A DNA stretch of 32,708 nt, counting the filler, from Candidatus Woesearchaeota archaeon (GTDB taxonomy: Archaea > Nanobdellota > Nanobdellia > Woesearchaeales > GCA-2687795), in NCBI GenBank assembly GCA_030753365.1. It is 3 parts of 3 records of this genome, joined end to end, with 100 filler letters (N's around TTAATTAATTAA, not from the genome) between each part and the next. Parts side by side here need not be neighbours in the genome. Positions count along the whole stretch, not along the records: positions 20,345 to 32,708 come from JASMCJ010000078.1; 2 more parts are not named here. One strand, written 5' to 3'. The position numbers and the translations under genes were made by a program. The notes below the pieces were generated by a model. That model did no database searches. It was not told where the DNA came from and was given only the letters and a program-made list of their open reading frames with translations. This document shows, piece by piece, positions 25,497-32,708 of this stretch (its first letter is position 1; every line of letters begins with the position of its first letter).

Positions 25497-27144
25497 TTAT
25501 GCAGTCCTCTCCTGGATTATTGTTTTTTAAGACTATAACATAATCGTTTCCATAAACTGGCTGGATCCATTCTTTTTTAATGAGCTCACTTGCAATGAGC
25601 ATGTTGTATTGGGCAAATACTGGCTGCTGGCTTACTTTGTCGAATATGTAGTAGTCAAATGTGCAGATGTCTCTCATCTTGCTGTAGTAGTATGTGGGGT
25701 CTTTTGATTCTTCTTCTTCTGCATGGTAGCCGTATTCAAAGAAGGATTTTCTGTAGGCGTAGTGAACGCCGTGATGGTCGCCTAACCTGGATATCATGTA
25801 TTCCCTTTTTATAGTTTTGTTTTGCAGAATGCTGGTGAAGTAGTTTGTGCCTACCCTGTAAGGAGGGATGTGAGTGTTTCTTAGGATAGCTTTTTGGCCG
25901 TAGAAGTCTCCATAGAAGAATAAGATTTTTTCATTATTTACATTGTCCTGGAACCATCTGAACATGTCCCAGTGCTGCTGGCTCATTAGTCCCTGGGCTG
26001 TGAATCTTGCTGTGACAGGAACTATGGAACTCATTGCTGATATGTTTAAAATAATGAGAAATATGGAGGCTATGGCTATACTATGGATTGTTTGCAATTT
26101 TTTAATTATTAACTTTATTAAATAGTATATTCCTGCGCCTAAGAAGATTGAGAGATAGATTGGCCAGAAGAACCTTGCCTGGAATGAGCGGTGGCCAAAG
26201 CCATAGTAGTTGCTGTAGCCTATTAATAACATTACAAGTCCAACAAGGAATGCAGTGCTTTTTTTCTTCCTGAAATAAAAGAGAGAAATGATGAAGCCTA
26301 TTGATAAGAAGATTAGGAGATATTTGAAACTGGGTATGCCGAACATTGGGCTGGCCCATGCTTTCATTGCGTAGAATGAGTAAGGCTGCATCCTTGCCCA
26401 GGTGAATTTGAAGATTACTAAATAATAAAAGCAGATTATGAATGAGAGTATGGATCCTATTAAGGCTTGTTTGAATAGGGTTTTGTAATCTTTTTTTATG
26501 AATTTGTAGATGAAGTAGATGAATAAGAACATTGCCGCGAAGACTGCTTCTGATGTGTGTGTTAGGATTGTTGCAGAAAGAAAAATAGTGAATAGGATGA
26601 ATGAGTTCTTTAAGTTGATTTTTGATAGCGCCCAGAAGAATGCGATTAAAAAGAACTGGGCAGAGACGGCTGGCCAATGGCCCCAGGTGAATCCTATGTA
26701 GGGGGCCTGAGAAAATACTAAGAGAGAGAGAGGGAGGCTTAGTATTGCAACGTGTTTGTTGAATTGTCTTATTATAAGGTACATTATTAGAGAAGCGAAG
26801 GAGGTTAGTATGAATATTAGGAGGTATGTGCTGTCATAGGTTTCAAGGCCTGAGACATAAGAGAATATTGCGCCTATGTGATATAGTAATGGCTGGTAAA
26901 AGCCTACATTGTCTTCATAGCCTGCTACGATATATGGGGCTTCATACCTATAATTACCCATTAGTTTTATTGATTCAACTCTTACCTGGTGTTGGTAGGT
27001 GTCAGATGCAAGATAGCCGAAGGGAAAGTTGTGGCTTAGCTCGTGGTTGAAGAATATAGCGCAGCCTGCCCAGAGCATTACAGAGAATACTATTAGGAGA
27101 AAGATTGATTCTAAGTTTATTTTAGTTAGCTTAATGATAATCAC
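25477..27144 (-). CDS. multi-pass membrane protein, probable GT-C-fold glycosyltransferase
   Basis: PFGYLASDTYQH, FYQPL, WGHWP, many TM segments, soluble C-terminal domain; directly downstream of the GT2 gene. Confidence 0.62.
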   Translation of the reverse strand: MIIIKLTKINLESIFLLIVFSVMLWAGCAIFFNHELSHNFPFGYLASDTYQHQVRVESIKLMGNYRYEAPYIVAGYEDNVGFYQPLLYHIGAIFSYVSGLETYDSTYLLIFILTSFASLIMYLIIRQFNKHVAILSLPLSLLVFSQAPYIGFTWGHWPAVSAQFFLIAFFWALSKINLKNSFILFTIFLSATILTHTSEAVFAAMFLFIYFIYKFIKKDYKTLFKQALIGSILSFIICFYYLVIFKFTWARMQPYSFYAMKAWASPMFGIPSFKYLLIFLSIGFIISLFYFRKKKSTAFLVGLVMLLIGYSNYYGFGHRSFQARFFWPIYLSIFLGAGIYYLIKLIIKKLQTIHSIAIASIFLIILNISAMSSIVPVTARFTAQGLMSQQHWDMFRWFQDNVNNEKILFFYGDFYGQKAILRNTHIPPYRVGTNYFTSILQNKTIKREYMISRLGDHHGVHYAYRKSFFEYGYHAEEEESKDPTYYYSKMRDICTFDYYIFDKVSQQPVFAQYNMLIASELIKKEWIQPVYGNDYVIVLKNNNPGEDCINEKRFD

Positions 27145-27840
27145 CTAATCAACGAACCTGTACTTCACTAAATATAAAATCGCTTTGACACCGTCTCTCC
27201 AGCTTATCTTTTTTCCTTCATTAAAGTTTCTGCAGTTGTAGCTTATGGGGATTTCAATTATTTTGTAACCTTTCTTTAAAATCTTTGCTGTTATCTCAGG
27301 CTCGAAGTCAAACCTTTTTGCTTTTAGTGTTAGTGAGTTAAGAACATCTTTTGTGAATACTTTGTAGCAGGTTTCCATGTCGCTGATCCATCTTAAGTAT
27401 AGGATGGAAGTTGTGATAGAGAGCAGCTTGTTTCCTATATAATGAGAGGGAATGCCCCATCTTTCTTTTCCTAGGAGGGGCTTTTTCATGAATCTTGAGC
27501 CATAGACTACTTTTGTTTTTCTTTCTAAAATTGGCTTTAATAGCTTAGAATATTCATCAGGATTGTATTCGTGATCTGCATCCTGTATGATGATTATGTC
27601 ACCTGTGATATGTTTTAAGCCGGTCCTTATTGCAGAGCCTTTGCCTTTATTTTTTTCATGGAAGAATACTTTGTGACCTTTTATTTTGACTAATAGATCT
27701 TTTGTTCCATCTGTTGAGAAGTCATCTATTATGATTATCTCTTTCTTAAGCTTTCCAATGTCTGCTGCCTCAACTTTCTTGAGCAGAGAGAGTATTGTGC
27801 TTTTCTCGTTATAAACCGGGATTATTATGCTGAGTATCAT
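27145..27840 (-). CDS. GT2 glycosyltransferase (polyprenol-phosphate glycosyltransferase / DPM synthase-like)
   Basis: SIIIPVYNE, DDFSTDGT, NKGKGSA, IQDADHEY, VYGSRF, DMETCYK, FEPEIT. Confidence 0.92.
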   Translation of the reverse strand: MILSIIIPVYNEKSTILSLLKKVEAADIGKLKKEIIIIDDFSTDGTKDLLVKIKGHKVFFHEKNKGKGSAIRTGLKHITGDIIIIQDADHEYNPDEYSKLLKPILERKTKVVYGSRFMKKPLLGKERWGIPSHYIGNKLLSITTSILYLRWISDMETCYKVFTKDVLNSLTLKAKRFDFEPEITAKILKKGYKIIEIPISYNCRNFNEGKKISWRDGVKAILYLVKYRFVD

Positions 27841-30184
27841 TTTTTTCCTTTATCTTTTTTATTTTCTTATAACTAAAATATCCTATGATTAAGATTAAGG
27901 TTATTGCGGTTATATATAAGCCAGTAGTGTAAGATCTTGGTTTGTATTCAAATATTATGTTATTTTCATTTCCTTCCAGATAAACAGAGCTTATCATGGC
28001 GTTGGCGTTTAGAATTTGCTTTGTATTTCCATCAGCTAAAGCTGTCCAGCCAGGGAATACTGAAAACTTTTCGCTGATGACTAAGAAGCCTTTATATTTT
28101 TTGTTTAGTTTGATTTCCCGTTTGTCAAAATTGTGCATTATTATGTCTTTGTCTGGTATTTGGATTAAGGTATTGTTATTAAGAGAGTTCCATAGCCTTG
28201 TTAATTCTTCTTCTGTGATAATGTTCTTGTTTTTTGTTATGTCAGGTATTAGGGTGCCGCCTGAATTGATATAATCTTCTAATGTAAATATTGAATTTTG
28301 GTCAATGGAACCTTTTTCTAATACTACTGCAGTGTATCTTTTTAATTCCTGTAAGCTATAATCATTTACTCTTTTCTTTCCTCTTATTACTACCGTGCTG
28401 CTTGAGCTAAAATTACCGTTGAGTATTAAGCCATAAATAGCCCTTGTGGCACTTTCCCATTCTCCTACTACTAGAATACTGTTGCTTGCAATAAATGCTC
28501 TTGGCAAGGATTCTTCATTTTCGTAGAGGTAAGGCCCCCAGGCTTTTTTCAAAGGCTCAACTTTTGGGAAACAGACACTGCAATTCTCAAACTTTTTTAT
28601 GAGCTTAAATCCTGAAACATCTATCTCTTCTGTTGCTGTAATATCATCCATTTCTTTTGTTGATGTGATATACTTTACATTCAGAATTCCCCAGAGTTTT
28701 GAAGGCTGTGAGTTTGCAAGACCTAAGTAAACGTTCATGTAAGGAACATACCATGTTGAGTCGTATCTGTATATATGCTCTAGTTTTAATGGTATGTTGT
28801 AAAAGTCAGTGGCCCAGTCAATTCCTCTTGTTTCCCAAGTTTGTATTCTGAATGTGCCAGGCTGTTTGCTGAGGTATTGTAGTATATGATTGTTTTCTAT
28901 TGCGCTTCTTGCATCAACCCATTCTTTTGTGGAGCCTTCTGTAAAATGGCTGTAATTGAATGTCCATAGGTTTAGGATGATTAAGGAGACTAAAGCAATG
29001 TAGATTAATTTTTTGTGTTTCTTAACATGCTTAAGAAGTTCCTGTGCTCCTATGCCTGCGAGTATGGAAGCAGAGAAACAGAATAGGAATAAGCTTCTGT
29101 CCAAGTATCTTAAGCTGTCGAAGAATGGTATATATTTCCATAGGAAGTAATAGAATGAAAATGTGTTGTTTGCTATCATGATGGATAATAATGCAGTGAA
29201 TGAGAAGAATAGGACGATTTTGTTTTTGTGTTTTTTGAATAGGGCAAAGCATACCAATAAAAAGGCAATGATTCCTATATGGTCACCGTTTCCTTCTGCT
29301 CTTTGAACTTTTGGCATTCCCTTATAGATTGGTTCTATTAGCCTGTTGAACATGTCAGGGTTTTTTAGCTGTCTTGAAGAGGCTTTTTTCCAGGGAGTTT
29401 GTCCTCTGCTGCTTACTTCAAGATAATCTATATTGGGAATTATCCTTTGGGCGGATAGTCCAAAGAAGATGATTACTATGAGAAGGTAGACCATACAACT
29501 TCTAAAGAGTTTTCTTTTAGAGAACTTGCTGAATATATGGAATAAGAAGTAAAAGAAGAGTACAAGGCCGAGCCAGATTCCTATTTTCATGTCAGGGTTA
29601 AACCTGAATAGTATTGCATAGAGGATTCCTGTGATTATTGAATTTTTAACCCAATTCTTTTCTCTTAGTGATTTCATGACAAACATGAATACCAAAGGCA
29701 TTATTGCATAGCCTCCTAAGGTTGTGAGCCAGCCCCAGGGCAGGAGCCTTGAGCTTACATGGCCGTTTAGTATGTAAACAAGAGAGGCAATGAAGGCGAA
29801 CTTTTTTTGGACTTTGAGATAGTTCATGAGAATGTACATAGAGAGCCCTGAGAGAAAGAAGGCAAGAACATAACTCATCTTGAGGGCTATTAATGTGTCT
29901 GGAATTAGAAGTATCATTATTCCCTGAATACTGTCAAAGCCAAACTCTGGCTTCATGAGGAAGGGTGTTCCGCTGAACCCATATGGGATCCATAATGGCC
30001 AGATGTCGTGATAGTCGAATAGAGAGATCTTTAATACTTCTGTAAAAGGATAGTATGCTGTTGCTATGTCATGAGCCGGGACTTTATGATTGTAGAAGCC
30101 TATAAAGAATACAAATGTTAAGAGCAGAAGAGCTAGAATGTAAATTAGATGGTTGCTTAATTTATTTTTAATGTTTAATTTCAT
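27809..30184 (-). CDS. YfhO-like membrane glycosyltransferase (GT-C), paralogue 2
   Basis: D...YYP, PLW.PY.FSGTPF, LYEN...LPRAF, FLVISEK...PGW.A, IIFEYKP; start placed at ATG 30184 by alignment with its paralogue. Confidence 0.8.
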   Translation of the reverse strand: MKLNIKNKLSNHLIYILALLLLTFVFFIGFYNHKVPAHDIATAYYPFTEVLKISLFDYHDIWPLWIPYGFSGTPFLMKPEFGFDSIQGIMILLIPDTLIALKMSYVLAFFLSGLSMYILMNYLKVQKKFAFIASLVYILNGHVSSRLLPWGWLTTLGGYAIMPLVFMFVMKSLREKNWVKNSIITGILYAILFRFNPDMKIGIWLGLVLFFYFLFHIFSKFSKRKLFRSCMVYLLIVIIFFGLSAQRIIPNIDYLEVSSRGQTPWKKASSRQLKNPDMFNRLIEPIYKGMPKVQRAEGNGDHIGIIAFLLVCFALFKKHKNKIVLFFSFTALLSIMIANNTFSFYYFLWKYIPFFDSLRYLDRSLFLFCFSASILAGIGAQELLKHVKKHKKLIYIALVSLIILNLWTFNYSHFTEGSTKEWVDARSAIENNHILQYLSKQPGTFRIQTWETRGIDWATDFYNIPLKLEHIYRYDSTWYVPYMNVYLGLANSQPSKLWGILNVKYITSTKEMDDITATEEIDVSGFKLIKKFENCSVCFPKVEPLKKAWGPYLYENEESLPRAFIASNSILVVGEWESATRAIYGLILNGNFSSSSTVVIRGKKRVNDYSLQELKRYTAVVLEKGSIDQNSIFTLEDYINSGGTLIPDITKNKNIITEEELTRLWNSLNNNTLIQIPDKDIIMHNFDKREIKLNKKYKGFLVISEKFSVFPGWTALADGNTKQILNANAMISSVYLEGNENNIIFEYKPRSYTTGLYITAITLILIIGYFSYKKIKKIKEKNDTQHNNPGL

Positions 30185-30210
30185 TTTGTTTGATGCTTGT
30201 GTTTTATACA

Positions 30211-30336
30211 CAAAAAAGGATACCTCCAATTTCATTCGTGGGTTAGATACTGGGTATCTTTTTTGGTCGCCATCCTCCCACTTTAAGCATGTTTTGCTAT
30301 TTAAAGGAAACCCACAACTTCAGTTGTGGGAGGATG
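30211..30336. mobile_element. structured intergenic element, probable IS200/IS605-end remnant
   Basis: Hairpin CCCACAAC-TTCA-GTTGTGGG (30311-30330), 11-bp inverted repeat CATCCTCCCAC/GTGGGAGGATG (30271-30281/30326-30336), near-perfect inverted repeat 30211-30224/30253-30265. Confidence 0.5.
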
Positions 30337-32635
30337 TCACTTTTGTATAACCTAAGTATATTATGATTAAAATAAGGGTTATTAGGGTGATATATAAGCC
30401 AGTAGTATAAGGTTTGGGTTTGTATTCAAATATTATACTATCTTCATTTCCTTCTAAGTAAACAGAGCTGATCATGATGTCAGCGTTTAAGATTTCTCGT
30501 TTGATTCTATCAGCCTTAGCTTCCCAGCCAGAGAATATAGAGAATTTTTCGCTGATAACTAAAAAACCTTTGTATTTTTTGTTTAGTTTGATTTCTCTTT
30601 TGTCAAAATTATGCATTATTATGTCTTCGTCTGGTATTGGAATAGATGTACTTTTATTGAAAAAGTTCCATAATTCTGTTAAGTCTTCTCTTGTGATTGT
30701 GCTCTTATTTTTTGTGAAGTCTGGGAATAATATTCCTCCTGAATTGGCATAGTTTTCTATTATAGGGGTTGATTCATGGTCAATAGAGCCTTCTACTAAG
30801 AATAAGGCGCCGTATTTTTTTAGCTCGCTTATGGTATAATCATTTATTTTTTCTTTTCCTGGTATTATTACAGTGTTGCCTGGCTTGAACTTTTTATCAA
30901 TCATTAAGAAATTGATTGTTTGTGTGACTGATTCTTCTTTTCCTAGTATTAAGATACTATTTTTTACAACGAATGCCCTTGGCAGAAACCCTTCATTTTC
31001 GTAGAGGTAAGGTCCCCAGCCCTTTTTTAAGGGTTCAACTTCTGGGAAGCAGATTTTACAGTCCTCAAATTTTTCTATGAACCGGAAGCCAGGGACGTTT
31101 ATTTTGTCTGTTGCAGTGATATATTTTACGTTTAAGATTCCCCAAAATTTTGATAGGTCGTTGTATGCAAAACTTAAGTAGCCGTTCATGTAAGGAACAT
31201 ACCATGTTGGATCGTATTTGTATATGTGCTCCAACTTTAATGGCACATTGTAAAAGTCAGTGGCCCAGTCAATCCCTTTTGTTTCCCAGGTTTGTATTCT
31301 GAATATGCCTGGCTGCTTGCTGATGTGTTGTAATACATGATTGTTTTCTATTGCTTGTTTTGCATCAGTCCATTCTTTTGTGGAGCCGCCTGTGAAATGG
31401 CTGTAGTTAAATGTCCATAGGTTGATGATGATTAAAGAGACGAGAATGATGTAAATTATTTTTTTGTATTTCTTGATATGTTCAAAGAGCTGCTGCGCTC
31501 CTATACCTGCGAGTATGGAAGCAGAGAAACAGAATAGGAATAGGCTTCTGTCCAGGTATCTTAAACTGTCGAAGAATGGGACATATTTCCATAGGAAATA
31601 GTAGAATGAAAATGTGTTGTTTGCTATTATTATGGATAGTACTATAGTGAATGAAAAGAATTGGACTAGTTTGCTTTTGTATTTTTTGAATAGGGCAAAG
31701 CATATTAAGATAAAAGCAATGATTCCTATGTGGTCTCCGTTTCCTTCACTTCTTTGGACTTGGGGCATTCCCTCATAGATTGGTTCTATTAGCTTGTTGA
31801 ACATGTCCGGGAATTTTAACTGCCTTGAGGAAGCTTTTTTCCAAGGAGTTTCTCCTCTGCTGCTTATGTCAAGGTAGTCTATGTTAGCTAATATCCTTTG
31901 AGTTGATAGTCCAAAGAAGATGATTACTATAAGAAGGTAAACCATGCTGCTTTTGATGAGCTTTTTTGTGGAGTATTTTCTGAATACATGGAATAGAAAG
32001 TAGAAGAAGAGGACAAGGCCAAGCCAGATTCCTATTTTCATGTCAGGGTTGAACCTGAATAGTATTGCGTAAAGAATTCCGGTTATTACTGAGTTTTTTA
32101 TCCAGTTTTTTTCTTTTAATGATTTCATGACGAACATGAATAGCAAGGGCATTATTGCATAACCGCTTAGGGTTGTGAGCCAGCCCCAAGGCAGGAGCTT
32201 TGAGCTTACATGGCCGTTTAGCATGTAGACGAGGGATGAAATAAAAGCGAACTTTTTTGGGAGTTTGAGGTATCTCATGAAGATGTACATTGAGAGCCCT
32301 GAGAGAAAGAAAGCAAGAACATAGCTCATCTTGAGGGCTATTAATGTGTCTGGAATTAAGAGCATCATTATTCCCTGAATACTGTCATAGCCTAGTTCAG
32401 GTTTCATTAAGAAAGGCGTTCCGCTGAAGCCATATGGCATCCATAAAGGCCAGATGTCGTGGTATTCAAATAAGGAGATTTTTAATGCTTCTGCGTTTGG
32501 ATAATAGAATGTTGCAACGTCATGCGCAGGGACTTTATAGTTATAAAATCCTATAAAAAAAGTGAATGTTAAGAGTAGGAGAGCCAGGAGGTAGATGTAA
32601 TTGTTCTTTATTTGCTTAATTATATTTGATGCCAT
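30320..32635 (-). CDS. YfhO-like membrane glycosyltransferase (GT-C), paralogue 1
   Basis: Same motifs as 27809..30184 with long identical stretches (e.g. GILYAILFRFNPDMKIGIWLGLVLFFYFLFH); AGGAG upstream of the start. Confidence 0.82.
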   Translation of the reverse strand: MASNIIKQIKNNYIYLLALLLLTFTFFIGFYNYKVPAHDVATFYYPNAEALKISLFEYHDIWPLWMPYGFSGTPFLMKPELGYDSIQGIMMLLIPDTLIALKMSYVLAFFLSGLSMYIFMRYLKLPKKFAFISSLVYMLNGHVSSKLLPWGWLTTLSGYAIMPLLFMFVMKSLKEKNWIKNSVITGILYAILFRFNPDMKIGIWLGLVLFFYFLFHVFRKYSTKKLIKSSMVYLLIVIIFFGLSTQRILANIDYLDISSRGETPWKKASSRQLKFPDMFNKLIEPIYEGMPQVQRSEGNGDHIGIIAFILICFALFKKYKSKLVQFFSFTIVLSIIIANNTFSFYYFLWKYVPFFDSLRYLDRSLFLFCFSASILAGIGAQQLFEHIKKYKKIIYIILVSLIIINLWTFNYSHFTGGSTKEWTDAKQAIENNHVLQHISKQPGIFRIQTWETKGIDWATDFYNVPLKLEHIYKYDPTWYVPYMNGYLSFAYNDLSKFWGILNVKYITATDKINVPGFRFIEKFEDCKICFPEVEPLKKGWGPYLYENEGFLPRAFVVKNSILILGKEESVTQTINFLMIDKKFKPGNTVIIPGKEKINDYTISELKKYGALFLVEGSIDHESTPIIENYANSGGILFPDFTKNKSTITREDLTELWNFFNKSTSIPIPDEDIIMHNFDKREIKLNKKYKGFLVISEKFSIFSGWEAKADRIKREILNADIMISSVYLEGNEDSIIFEYKPKPYTTGLYITLITLILIIIYLGYTKVTSSHN

Positions 32636-32708
32636 GAAATCTCCTTTTTGAATATGAATATCATTAATGAACTAAATAATTTACTTATTTTTTATAAACT
32701 GAATAAGG

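Noticed and set aside
29031..31703. Similar 73-aa ORFs at 29031-29252 and 31482-31703 (also 27996 and 30474)
   Set aside because: Alternate-frame or antisense by-products of the YfhO-like gene duplication

Overview
AT-rich archaeal DNA, most consistent with a DPANN lineage such as Woesearchaeota (group II chaperonin, BRE/TATA promoters, GAGGTGA ribosome-binding sites, BHB-intron tRNA; the taxon is inferred, not searched). Two 100-nt N gaps with a TTAATTAATTAA linker split it into three segments whose adjacency is unproven. Segment 1 (1-13697): the C-terminal half of a split Rqc2/RqcH (NFACT) gene, a complete seven-gene bacterial-type MEP isoprenoid operon (ispG-dxs-dxr-ispD-ispF-ispE-ispH), thermosome, Na+/H+ antiporter, then a cassette-like region. 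There a RelBE-like module and a GDT1/TMEM165 gene are each bracketed by inverted repeats with a GGCGGAAA core, and each is followed by a dif-like palindrome and GAA-loop hairpins. Segment 2 (13798-20244): tRNA-Gly(GCC) with two non-canonical BHB introns, a histidine phosphatase with an in-frame stop, a hairpin MITE-like element, the N-terminal NFACT half, htpX, acylphosphatase, a Toprim protein and a sequon-rich surface protein. Segment 3 (20345-32708): a Fic protein, two more toxin-antitoxin-like pairs and a surface-glycosylation cluster (GT2 plus duplicated GT-C-like/YfhO-like membrane proteins). All calls come from reading motifs by eye; no database searches were run.
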